In this document: piece after piece, positions 11,491 to 23,447 of the stretch
How the letters are laid out: each line of letters starts with the position of its first letter
Position numbering within the stretch: position 1 is the first letter of the stretch
Origin: Macrostomum lignano
Lineage: Eukaryota
Direction: 5' to 3'
DNA: 64,000 nt
Assembly (NCBI GenBank): GCA_002269645.1
Contig: NIVC01000792.1
Span: 1-64,000, forward strand
Made by a program: the position numbers and the translations under genes
Notes under the pieces: model-generated
The model's input: only the letters and a program-made list of their open reading frames with translations
Told to the model about the DNA's origin: nothing
Database searches by the model: none

Positions 11491-13389
11491 TAAGGTATTT
11501 AAGATTTCTCGAATAGGATTGTATAATTAACAAAGGAGTTTTTAGAATCTTCAAAAAAATATGCCTCTTGAATTTGTTAAAGAAAATTTTAAATTACTCC
11601 CAGTTGGGGTCGTTTCACAAACTCGAAATTTCTCAATGTCGAAAGATGAAAACCCGAAATTTCACAACACCGAATAGTCTCCCCGTCTCTCCAGTGTATT
11701 TAGACGTTGTGATATTTCGGGTTTTTTAAAGCGCCCCCCAAGCCAAATTTTAGAAAGTTTTCTAAGTGAAGATCAAAATTATTCTGAGCAGGCTTTAAAA
11801 ACTGCACCGTGAGAAATGCTCAAGCGCAATCATTAGCCATGGAAATATGCTGGGCCTTTTGTCGATCAATTATTTCTTCCAAAGGCATTACAGTGTTTAA
11901 GCAGTTTTGTAGCCGAAAAGCGAGTGCGAGAGTGCAGAAAGCCACTAATATTGAACAGCGCGCACGGTGGAGAGCTGCTTGTTAGGCAGGCTCTGCATTT
12001 CTCGACCTAAAGCGCATCGAAAAAGATTTGTTTTTTTTGCATTTGGGTGGGTTCTTGACGACCTGCGCTCCGAGGGAGCGGGGGGCGGTGAGGCACACTT
12101 CCATTTTGCCGAAGAAAGAATATCTTTCGGTTTTTTTGCTATGAAATAGAGGGACGGACGGACAGGCAGACAGGCAGAGGCAGATACACAGCCAAAGGCT
12201 TCTCATTCAGCACATACCGACCAAGCACTGGAGTCCCATCTCTCTACCTCAGCCACGCATTCAACTCCGAGTTGCACCGAGACAGCGCAGGGCTGTGTCA
12301 AGCCTACACATCTCAGGGCGTGGTTGTGGCCTTAAAATTCATGAAAATACTGACAAGAGAAGGAAAACTAACACGAGAGAACGAATTGAAACAGCAGCAG
12401 ACCAGACAGACAGACAGACAGCGCTTGCAGAAGCAAATTTGGCAAGATTGCAAGAAAGCTTTGCTATTTGGTAAGCAATATGGAAATCAACTGATCGCTA
12501 CTTGTACGTGTAAATTTGATTTAAAATGTCTATTTACCTTCTCCATTAAGGAGTGCGAACTTTCTACTCTTAAAAGTTCTGTCCCTGCCAATAAGAATAA
12601 AGGATCTTAGTGAAAACTAGCTTTTGTTGAAAAGGCAAGTTAACAATAAATTAAGATTGAAGGGGAAAGGTGACTGTTAGTTTCTCGGGCCTGTGGGGTA
12701 TCAGTGTGAGCGCTACTAAAGACGAAGTTCCATTGAGCTCAATCTCGTCTAAAAAGCAAAAACATTTTCGCTTCCGGAAATGTTGTGAAAGCTTGTGAAA
12801 GTGAGTGAGCCTTCACGTGGGTTTAAATTAAGCAAAGATTAAGGGAGAGATCTGAAAGTAATGGAGGGAACGAATCAAATAGGGAAAGCTTATCCCTCTA
12901 AAAGCCCCTGCTCGCATATAGAAGGAAAATGCAATGCGGCAGCCTCCCGGATCGCTAAATAAATTATGGTGTAATCTAGCCACGAATTTTTGTCTAATCT
13001 TCGCTTTGAGCTTTCCTTAATTCGTGCTCACAAAAGCCGAGATGATGAATAGCTTGTACAGAGAGAAAATCTGAAAACAGCTCTGTAAAGCTATAAGAGC
13101 ATTCAATTGGGCTGTGATGTCGAAAACAACAAATTCTGCACTTTCAGCTTTTAGTTCGTACGCACACAGGTTGAAAATATGCTGTCTATTTTTGCTGATA
13201 TTGAAAAACAAAGATTTAAATGGACGACTGCTTCTGTAGTAACCAATCAATTAAATAGAAACCTACATGTAATTTTATTCAGCTAATCCAGACACGCTCT
13301 AGTTATCCTTTTTCACGACAGATTTTGATGCAGATTTTGATCCATACTCAAGAACGCAGAACGCATTCAATTGACTGTCTCCAGACACA

Positions 13390-16300
13390 ATGTGCTCGGT
13401 GCGAGTTGGAAAGTGCATTCTACTGCTGTGCGCAAGCATCGCCCTGGTGTTTAGCATAGCAACCAGCTATCTGAGCAACGGAAACGGTCTTGAGATAGGT
13501 CAAAAAATCGGCCTGTTCGAGTCCGGTAACACGAGTGGAATTCGTTCTTGGAGCGAACGAGGCGCGTTTACTAACAGCAGTTTCACGCCAGTCGGTTGGG
13601 CCTTCACCGCCTGGATCGCGATCTATGCCTATCAGCTGGTCGTGATCGCCCACTGCTGGACAACGCTCTGTCGACGAGCGCCTAGCGGCCGCGGCTTCCT
13701 GTGCAACGACCCGGATCTGGCCCCGGCCGGCCTCTTATTCTGGCACTTCATCGCCAGCCTGTTCAACATGGCTTGGATCTTCTTGGCCGACCGGGTGGAT
13801 CGGTATAACTATCTGCTGATACCGCAGGTGAGTAGCCCAGTGGCGCGGTTGATACCAACTTTTTAAAGCTGGAGGTTGTCTTCTGCAGGCTTTTCAGGAC
13901 AAGGGAGTGGGGTGTGTGTTTTGTTGGTTTGTCAGAACCACAGATACTAGAATAACTAGATGGGCCACTCAGCACATTTTCGTGTAAACTAGTTTCAGTT
14001 CAGTAGTAAGCTAAACAGAAGCATTTTGATGTATTTATAAAGCCAAGATTCATTTATTGACTCTTACCCTCAGCTTAAACCCTCCAATCCACCCCTTTCC
14101 ACACTACCCCCGCCCGGACCCAGTTTTTATTTCCTTTCTTAGGATTCCAGCATAAAAGCTACCAGGTACATTTCAATGGACTGGCTAATGTACATTATTG
14201 CTGAACCAATTAGCAAGTTGTTTAAGCCTGACCTTAAGCTTCTAAAATTCAACTCATTCCATTGCCTTTATTTATATAAAACAGCTTCCGTTTTCTTCTT
14301 TGCTATTGACCTGAAAGTAGAAAGCTGTTTTACGAAGCATATATTTCTGAGCGGCCCATCTATTTATTCTAGTATCTGTGGTCAGAACAGACAACAATAA
14401 GGTGAATGTTTTGCTGGTTTGATATATACATGTATCAGGGAGTGTGGTGGGTGTTTTGCTGGTTTGATTTATACATGTATCAGGGAGTGGGGTGGGTGTT
14501 TTGCTGGTTTGATTTATACATGTATCAGGGAGTGGGGTGGGTGTTTTGCTGGTTTGATTTATACATGTATCAGGGAGTGGGGTGGGTGTTTTGCTGGTTT
14601 GATTTATACATGTATCAGGGAGTGGGGTGAGTGTTTTGCTGGTTTGATATATACATGTATCAAGGAGTGGGGTGGGTGTTTTGCTGGTTTGATTTATACA
14701 TGTATCAAGGAGTGGGGTGGGTGTTTTGCTGGTTTGATTTATACATGTATCAGGGAGTGGGGTGAGTGTTTTGCTGGTTTGATATATACATGTATCAGGG
14801 AGTGGGGTGAGTGTTTTTCTGGTTGATTTATACATGTATCAGGTAGTGGGGTGAGTGTTTTGCTGGTTGATTTATACATGTATCAGGGAGTGGGGTGAGT
14901 GTTTTGCTGGTTTGATATATACATGTATCAAGGAGTGGGGTGGGTGTTTTGCTGGTTTGATTTATACATGTATCAAGGAGTGGGGTGGGTGTTTTGCTGG
15001 TTTGATTTATACATGTATCAGGGAGTGGGGTGAGTGTTTTGCTGGTTTGATATATACATGTATCAGGGAGTGGGGTGAGTGTTTTTCTGGTTGATTTATA
15101 CATGTATCAGGGAGTGGGGTGAGTGTTTTTCTGGTTGATTTATACATGTATCAGGTAGTGGGGTGAGTGTTTTGCTGGTTTGATTTATACAAGTATCAGG
15201 GAGTGGGGTGAGTGTTTTGCTGGTTTGATTTATACATGTATCAGGGAGTGGGGTGAGTGTTTTGCTGGTTTGATATATACATGTATCAAGGAGTGGGGTG
15301 GGTGTTTTGCTGGTTTGATTTATACATGTATCAGGGAGTGGGGTGAGTGTTTTTCTGGTTGATTTATACATGTATCAGGTAGTGGGGTGGGTGTTTTGCT
15401 GGTTTGATTTATACATGTATCAGGGAGTGGGGTGAGTGTTTTGCTGGTTTGATATATACATGTATCAAGGAGTGGGGTGGGTGTTTTGCTGTTTTGATTT
15501 ATACATGTATCAGGGAGTGGGGTGAGTGTTTTTCTGGTTGATTTATACATGTATCAGGTAGTGGGGTGGGTGTTTTGCTGGTTTGATTTATACATGTATC
15601 AGGGAGTGGGGTGAGTGTTTTGCTGGTTTGATATATACATGTATCAAGGAGTGGGGTGGGTGTTTTGCTGGTTTGATTTATACATGTATCAGGGAGTGGG
15701 GTGAGTGTTTTGCTGGTTTGATATATACATGTATCAAGGAGTGGGGTGGGTGTTTTGCTGGTTTGATTTATACATGTATCAGGGAGTGGGGTGAGTGTTT
15801 TTCTGGTTGATTTATACATGTATCAGGTAGTGGGGTGGGTGTTTTGCTGGTTTGATTTATACATGTATCAGGGAGTGGGGTGGGTGTTTTGCTGGTTTGA
15901 TTTATACATGTATCAGGGAGTGGGGTGAGTGTTTTGCTGGTTTGATATATACATGTATCAAGGAGTGGGGTGGGTGTTTTGCTGGTTTGATTTATACAAG
16001 TATCAGGTAGTGGGGTAAGTGTTTTTCTGGTTGATTTATACAAGTATCAGGTAGTGGGGTGGGTGTTTTGCTGGTTTGATATATACATGTATCACGGAGT
16101 GGGGTGGGTGTTTTGCGGGTTTGATATAGACATGTGTCGGGGAGTGGGGTGGGTGCTTTGCAGGTTTATTAGCACAGGATGGCTGTTAAAAGAATCTTTC
16201 AGGCATAGCTGTGGGATTAAATAGTGTTAGATCAGGATGGGTTGATGTTCCGTTCAGGCCTTTATGCTAACAAATCACGATCGCTCACCCACATGGCACC

Positions 16301-16838
16301 AAAACAACAGACTTGCGTACTGTTTGCCTTGGCTGTTAGCTTGGCTGCCGCTCTGTCCTCGTCCTACTACTGGCTGTACGTAGGCAAGAGGCAGCTGGCC
16401 CTACGCCAGTCCGCTTACTGGCTCACCGTAATCTTCGTGCAGAACGGCGTCGGTTTGTACGCCGGCTGGGCCGTCTTCGCCTCGTTCCTCAATCTGGACA
16501 TCTCTCTGAACTACCTGAGCACCCTGACTAGCGAAACCTGCAGTTTCATCTGTCTAGGCCTGCTGAACTCAATTGTTGCTGCCTACGTGGTGATGGAGCT
16601 GACCACCTTGGACCGGGTGCTGCGCTTTGTGTTCACTCCGCACATGGCCATCGCCTGGGCCAGCGCGACCGCCATTTACAACAAGTTTAACGGTTGGATA
16701 ATTCCTGACATTCTTCTGCTGCTACTGCTGAGCATCATCGGCCTGGGCCTGCTGCTCAAAATCATTGCTGCCATTGTGCGCTCAAAAGTGGAGCCGATTT
16801 TTCCGAGAAACTCCAACTCCTACTCGTTGAAGCCGTGA
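13390..16838 (+). CDS. uncharacterised multipass membrane protein, TspO/MBR-like (~321 aa); exons 13390-13827, 16311-16838
   Basis: FTPVGWAFTAWIAIY and QNGVGLYAGW..ASFLNL motifs with many hydrophobic helices; donor CAG|GTGAGT at 13828 and acceptor ACAACAG|ACT at 16310, both phase 0; joined CDS 966 nt. Confidence 0.8.
14400..16165. repeat. intronic minisatellite, 45 bp unit (44 bp variants), ~39 copies
   Basis: Unit GTTTGATTTATACATGTATCAGGGAGTGGGGTGGGTGTTTTGCTG; explains the 15-aa periodic ORFs. Confidence 0.97.
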
Positions 16839-17937
16839 AGAATGAAGATAATGAGGCTCTCCAGTTTAGAAGTTGCAGTTTTAGTTTGATGAAAAAACTT
16901 ACGAAGTGAACTTATTGTGATCTGCTTTTGCAAAGTTATTGACGAAAATGAGGCTGCCAAATCTCCAATAAGCATAAGTGACCGGATCGAAATTAAAATT
17001 TTTGCACAACTACTTTCTCTGTGAAGCATCTAGGCTTCTAATTTGCTTAAATTGTGTTTATTCAATCAAAAGTTCAAAGCATGCCCTGATATGCCAGCTG
17101 GTTGCCGTTTCGGTTGCCAATTGTTCCACTGCTGGTTTTTCGAATATTTTAGGATTTCAAGTTCCAATATAAACTTAGGTATGCTCATTTTTGCTAGAAT
17201 TAGGCACCCTTTTAGACCACGACATAACTTATTTTTCACCAGATTTTCATTGTAATTTGTTTAAAATGATCCAGCGTATCTTGTTTTTCGTTGCGATGAA
17301 TTGCCGAAAAATGGAGTTGACTTGCGCTGTTTCCATTTTATACCACTTTTAAGCACAAAACTAAGAGCTAATTTTTTACCTTTAAATATATCCATGCTAT
17401 TAAAGACAATATATTTAAACGATTTACTATGTACACTGAAGCTAAACTTTTCTAATAACCACTTAAATGTATCGCAATGTAATATTTATATTCAGTGTTG
17501 TGGCGGCCAGACTACGCGACCGGCAGCACCAGTGCAGCCGCACTGGAAACCCCCCCGCCTCTGTCTAGCTATATTGACCCTACAGAATAAACGGCCAGGC
17601 GAGGCAGAAATGTCATTTTTTTTTTTCTACGGTCACGAGTTTTAATTTTTCAGAGTGCTGCCTTGACGCGAAATTTGTTCGGAAGACGCTAGAACCCTTG
17701 CTTGTATTTGCGGATGTATCTGCCTCAAAGGTTGAACCCAAGGACCGGTAGAGGCCGGTAGACTCGGCACGCTGGAAAAGCAGTGTACGATTGTCATGGA
17801 CAGTGAAATCGCGAGACAGTTGATATTTTTTAATAGCACTGTAACAGAATTTATCCTAAATTAAATGAAGTTGGCAGCCATTAAAGGACTGTGTTTAAAG
17901 TAAATTTGGACAAAAAACGCCTTCTAAAACAGAACTG

Positions 17938-19454
17938 TGTGACAGTGTAATTCGTAGAAGCCTATTAATCGTATTTCCTTGACCTCTTGTAGTGTGAGCA
18001 TCTTTTGTGTTAGTTGCATTCTATTAGCTAGTTGATTGTATTAGTTTCTGTATTGTTGATAATTATTTTGCTTGTTTTAGTCACGCATTTCAATGTAGTT
18101 TAGAGTTTATTTTGTGTAAACAGGTCAGAAGCTAGACGCCAATTGTGACTCAGCGGAGGGTCGAAGTTTTCCAGCATACCCCAGCTTTGCGCGGCCAGCC
18201 AATCGTGATCGGCATGGACCCTGGCACGCGGCAAAAAAACAAGGAGCCTCTTCATATCGCCGATTCGAAAAACGGAACCGGTTCCGAACCGGTTCGACGC
18301 TCTTCATATCGATGGTTCGAAAAACAGAATCAGTTCCGGAACATGGTTCTGGTTCTAGCATATAGTTCGAGAAATTTTCTGGAACCGTTGTCATGTTTAC
18401 ACTTTAACAGTAAAATATATTTGAAATCGTCACTTTTTTATTATTGTTATATAATTATTCCTTTTTTGTCATATCCAAGAGGAAACAAAGTCAAAGAACG
18501 ACAAAATTAAATTGTAAAGACTGTCAAACATAAAATGGGTTCGAAGCTTCTCATTTCACACTGGTTCTGGTTCTAGAACTCGAATTTATTCTGGTTCTAG
18601 AACCGATTGCCGTGAAGAGGCTCATGTTCCGGAACTGATTCTATTTTTCGAACCATCGATATGAAGAGCGTCGAACCGGTTCGGAACTGGTTCCGTTTTT
18701 CGAACCGGCGATATGAAGAGGCTCCTTATCTCGCATGCATACCGTACTACTTGTATTCTTTAATTTTAACAATATTCTGCACCTATTATTATTGCGCTAA
18801 TGTTACTGTTGAATCTTTAGGTTTTGTAGCCTCGTATTTTTTTATTCTATTATTTGTATTTCTTGCATATCGTATTATTTCTCGTAAAGAACTAAGGTAG
18901 TTCCACCTATGTACATGTACTGGCGTTATAGTTATTCTTGCACGAGAATCGTATTTTATCGATTAATTTGTACATGTACATTGCGCCTGAGTGGGGTTTG
19001 TCTGGTTTTTGTATTAAGCTTGTTTTTATCTTGTTTACTCACCAATTATAAATATACACTTGCAGTCAGCGGCCGCTCTCTCCATTTGCTTCGTCGCTTC
19101 GCTTCTCGCTCTAAGCTTGCGGGTCCCTTAGCTGTCTGGCCTCTTTACCTTAACCCTCTACCGCCTGCCTCGGCCCACCCACCAATCAACTGAATCCTGA
19201 CCGGCCCTTGCTAGGCGCATCAAATTAAGTACCAATCCAAATATACTAAATCTAAATATACTAAATCTCTAATATTTGTTGGTTTGTTTGTTTGTATGTT
19301 TGTCCATAACGCTCTAGAGATTGCAATTCTTGTGTCTATCTAAATATGCTAAATCTGCAAATTTACGCTAAGGGTAAAATCGGCTGTTGATCTGCTGGAT
19401 CGTAGATTAATCCCAATTATCCGCTACACAAAGTCTTCCGCCTTATTCGTCACA
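17938..19454 (-). mobile_element. solo LTR, copy 2 (same family as 4248-4946), with ~750 bp extra sequence at 17981-18727
   Basis: Ends TGTGAC..GTCACA, 4-bp TSD ACTG (17934-17937, 19455-19458); 17938-17980 and 18728-19454 align with the reverse complement of copy 1. Confidence 0.85.
18241..18727. mobile_element. foldback MITE with ~105 bp inverted arms
   Basis: 18241-18345 (AAGGAGCCTCTTCATATCG...GGAACATG) is a near-perfect inverse of 18623-18727; TSD not resolved. Confidence 0.85.
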
Positions 19455-19539
19455 ACTGGGACTATCCTATTGTCAGTTTTAAATCTCTGTAAAAAGTGCT
19501 TTGTATACTAATTGAGAAGTAGTTCAGAGTTTTTCTTCA

Positions 19540-20705
19540 TATTAATAAACTGAGCAAATGCTCAAACTCAAGCAAATGCTCAGGTCAATAAATAAGAATA
19601 AGTTGAGCTTTTGCTCATGAGCAAATGCTCATGAGTAAATGCTCGTGAGCATTTGCTCCGACTCATGAGAAAATTCTCAGCTGCAGAGCAATTACCCCAG
19701 TCAGTAAGAATAAAAACATGGCCATAGACAAAAGATCGGAGCAATTGCTCACAAAATGTTGAGACAGCTACCTAGCTGACTCAACTGGCAAGCAACTGCA
19801 GTTGAATGGCGGAATTTATGCCTGAAATCGCTCCTGCAAGGCGCAAGCTCTACCTTGAAAGGCTTTCGTCTGATGTCCTTCGAGATTGCGAGTACCAGCG
19901 GCTGTTGACAGCGTTGAGGCGAGCGGACGATGGCTTGTTGGCAGTGGCAGTGGCAGCGCTGCTGAGCAGAGGGGCACGATCTGCAGCATCTCCATCGGCT
20001 TGCATAGGCCCGGCTGTGTCCAATGGCTGCGACGCTTCCGCATTACATGCTACTCCGCTCGACTGGCAGCCTGGCACCTTGCTGAATACAGGGTTTTCTG
20101 TTGCCTGCAGGAAGTATAGCATCGCCTCCTCCCATTTCTTCAGTTGGATCTTCCTGTTGCCGGTCCTGTTGATGTCTGCCTTAGCCTTCAGTCTTGCCTT
20201 CATATTGGCCAGCTTTTTGTTTATTTTTTTTGAATCCGTGCTCTTGCCACTAAGCTTCAACTCGCTCTGGATAGATAGCAATGCTGCCTTTTTCTTCTCC
20301 GCGATACCAGGCGTCTTTGCTTTGTCAGCAAGACACGGATGGCGTATTACGATATTCACAAACTGCTCGTCGCTGGCATCATCAGTATCCATTTCAGATC
20401 AGTGCTTGCTAAGCTGTGTTTGCTATGCTGAGCTATGCGGCTATGCAACACTATACTTAGCTTCGATCGTTAGTGAGTGCTGCCGCTTCTCTTGCTGCTG
20501 CTGCAGCTCTGCCTGTCTATGGCTTTAAGCAGCCAGGTTGCTGCTCAAGCGGTTGAGCAATTACTCTGAGTCTGAGTTTTTTGTTTATTCATACTGAATT
20601 GTTGCATTTGCTCTGACTCTGAGTATTTACTCAGCCTCGAGAAAATGCTCCAGCTCAGAGTGCGAGCATTTGCTCAAGAGCATTTGCTGATTTTATTCAT
20701 ACGGC
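19540..20705 (-). mobile_element. PIF/Harbinger-derived element without transposase
   Basis: Both flanks carry arrays of AGCAAATGCTC/GAGCATTTGCT in inverted arrangement; right end TTTATTCATACGGC|TTA; encloses a Myb/SANT-like ORF; left terminus degenerate. Confidence 0.65.
19850..20392 (-). CDS. Harbinger-type Myb/SANT-like DNA-binding protein (180 aa, possibly truncated)
   Basis: ATG start; KKLANMKARLKAKADINRTGNRKIQLKKWEEAML..ENP matches the pattern of Harbinger accessory Myb/SANT proteins. Confidence 0.7.
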   Translation of the reverse strand: MDTDDASDEQFVNIVIRHPCLADKAKTPGIAEKKKAALLSIQSELKLSGKSTDSKKINKKLANMKARLKAKADINRTGNRKIQLKKWEEAMLYFLQATENPVFSKVPGCQSSGVACNAEASQPLDTAGPMQADGDAADRAPLLSSAATATANKPSSARLNAVNSRWYSQSRRTSDESLSR

Positions 20706-21612
20706 TTAGGAAGCATGCTTAGAAATACAGTGACAGTGACTCGTATGGCAAACGCTTGTCTACTCCTCCGATTTTAAAGTTTGGTTCAGTCACACAAATT
20801 TGGAAATCGTGTACAGCAGCTTTTCCAGAAATTCACACCCTCATCGTATCGCATCGTACACATCGTACATAGAGTGTAAAGATAATAAAGTCAGGGCCGC
20901 TGTGACTTAGCCTTTAAGGTACGGTGCATGCGAAATGCCGATAGCCCTTGGTGCTTTAGCTATTTGAAGGGGGGCTAATTGTTAACTGATGCGATGATAC
21001 GATGAAATCCAGCTGAAAGGTAATATCAGCTTTGTGCATTTAGCTTCACTGATTCACAGACGGTGCTTAGCTAGAATTTGGTCACAGCGGGGTGTCGCAG
21101 GCTGTGATAAACAATAGCGCCGCAGTGCACATCCTGTAGTCAACTGCTCTGGCAGGCTAGACTTCAAATACCAAGACTAAAGCAGAAGAGAGAGAGAGAG
21201 AGGGTGGGGACCAAATTTGACTTTAGATCGTTCAATATAGTAGATACCGCGCCATATTTGAGGGCTAGAGAGAAAGAGAGAGATCCGCTTATAGAAGTCA
21301 GATACTGCGGGGCGAAGAGATAAGCAATTACTACTAAGCTGCTAGCCGGGGCGCATGTCGCATGCGAGATAATTCTGGGTGATTCGTGAAACTGAGGTTG
21401 TCGCAGCGAGGCTGCATCTAGTGGTGCTGTGCGTGTCCAGTCTGATACGGGGGAAATGCAGTTGCTAATTGATGTAAACACTCGCGACTCCACAAGTTGC
21501 CTGGCACTGGTCCGCCAAGTTCAGGCTCACCTGGCTAACAACAGCAAATAAATGCCATAGCAAGCTTCCACTGCGTACGCTTTGCACGAACAGCCAGCAC
21601 AGTAGAGCAACA

Positions 21613-23447
21613 ATGGGCAGCGTCTTCTCAGTCTGCACGCAGCCGCGCACGGGCGTCTCGCCGGGAAACGCCGAGGCTGAGCTCAACAAGTCGGCCGTCC
21701 GGCCAGCAGACCGCAACGTCTACATGGCGATCCACAATTTCGTGGCTACGCAGCCGGACGAGCTCACCATCTGCAGAGGCGACATGATCGAGTTGGAGTT
21801 CACCGCCGAGCAGTGCCAGAGTAGCCAGTGGTGGAAGGCGCGCAACCTTGAGACAAACAGGAGCGGTCTGGTGCCCTACAACTACATCACAAAGTACAAT
21901 GGCCTGCCGTGCCAGCTATCTGGCTGGATGGATTGCAACCGGATGGACGCAAATCGGATGCTGCTGCGCGCCGGCCTGCAGGCTGGCACCTACATCATCC
22001 GGCCGTGCGCCAGGCAGAACGCTGGTTTGGCCAAGCTGGCGCTCAGCGTTCGAACTCCGGACCGACGATGCGAGAACAACTTCTTAGTGAAGCACTACCA
22101 AATCAAGAACTCGGCTGATGAAACTGTGTTCTTCATCAACAAGTCGAAGACCTACCCGACTGTGCAGAAGCTGATCGATGAATACAAAAGTGAGTGAAAC
22201 AAAGCTATGAAAAAACAAAGCAACTTTCATTGAAACTTATTAATTATGGACGATTGATCTGTACAAACTCAATTTTTTCTTCTGCTCACCTAGACGGTGG
22301 TCTCTGCTCGCCATTGGCCGAGCCTTGTCCGACAGACCCACCGACTGTGCAGTTCAAAGACATCGAAGTTCCCCGCCAGACTCTCAGCATGGTGCGAAAA
22401 CTTGGAGCTGGAAGCTTCGGCGAGGGTAAGAGTTGCTTATACTGTCTGTGCCTTGAATTATGCGGAACGGTAAAATGGTATGTTGCTTATTGATTATTAG
22501 AATCAGATAAAATTTTAATAAATTAGATAATGAATAAAAACTCAACGCTTTCCAGTGTGGCTGGCCAAATGGAACGGTATCCTTGACGTGGCCATCAAGA
22601 CGCTAAAGCCCGACACGGCCATGTCGCAGGAAAAATTCCTAGAGGAGGCAAAAATCATGCACAAGCTGTCCCACCCGAAGATTGTCAACATTTTGGGAGT
22701 GTGTACCAAAATTCTCGAGCCAAACGACCAGATCTACATCATCACGGAGTTCATGGAGAATGGCGCGCTGCTGGACTATCTGAGAAAGTCGAACTCGGGC
22801 AGCAGCAAACTGCCGATGGCCACTTTGCTAGACATTGCCTACCAAATCGCAGACGGAATGGCTTACTTGGAGGAGAAGAAGTTCGTCCACCGAGACCTTC
22901 GGGCAGCCAATGTGCTGGTCGGCAAGGATAACTTTGTCAAGGTGGCAGACTTTGGCTTGGCCAGGTAACTGACTTTAGTCTCAATATTTAAATAAGTACT
23001 TCTTGTTTCTAAAAAATCTTGAAATAACTAACTTACAGGGTAGTTCAAGACGATGAAATCTACCAGGCGGAGTCACTGGGCAAGTTTCCGGTGAAGTGGA
23101 CTGCTCCAGAAGCGATGCATGAGAACCGCTTTACCACCAAGTCGGACGTTTGGTCCTACGGAGTGCTGCTGTACGAGATCCTCACCCTGGGCGGCTCAAT
23201 CTACGTCGGCATGTCCAACCGGGAGGTCATGCAGTTTGTAAAGAATCCCAGAAATCGCCTCCCGGTGCCGCGAACGCCCGGAATGTCTCGGTCAGACGAA
23301 GAGATCGCCCTGCGCATTCACCAGCAGTACATGATGGCCTGCTGGAATCAGAACCCGGACGAGAGGCCCACCTTTGCCACTCTACGCAACGAATTCGAGG
23401 ACATTGACAAGACACTGGAGCAGCAGTACACTGGTGACACCAACTGA
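21613..23447 (+). CDS. Src-family tyrosine kinase (SH3-SH2-kinase, ~508 aa); exons 21613-22189, 22294-22425, 22556-22964, 23039-23447
   Basis: MGSVFS myristoylation signal; SH3 (WWKARN..GLVPYNY); SH2; LGAGSFGEV, VAIK, HRDLRAAN, DFG, KFPVKWTAPE; tail Tyr (QQY). All introns GT-AG with matching phases; CDS 1527 nt. Confidence 0.95.

Noticed and set aside
11982-12206. 74-aa ORF resembling a secreted or neuropeptide precursor (hydrophobic start, KK, FFGK)
   Set aside because: The hydrophobic part comes from a CTGCCT/CGTC microsatellite and the basic residues from A-runs; no repeated peptide units.
14272-16043. 15-aa repeat ORFs on both strands
   Set aside because: 45-bp intronic minisatellite with frame-breaking 44-bp units.
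19806-20528. 240-aa plus-strand ORF
   Set aside because: Antisense shadow of the Myb/SANT-like ORF.
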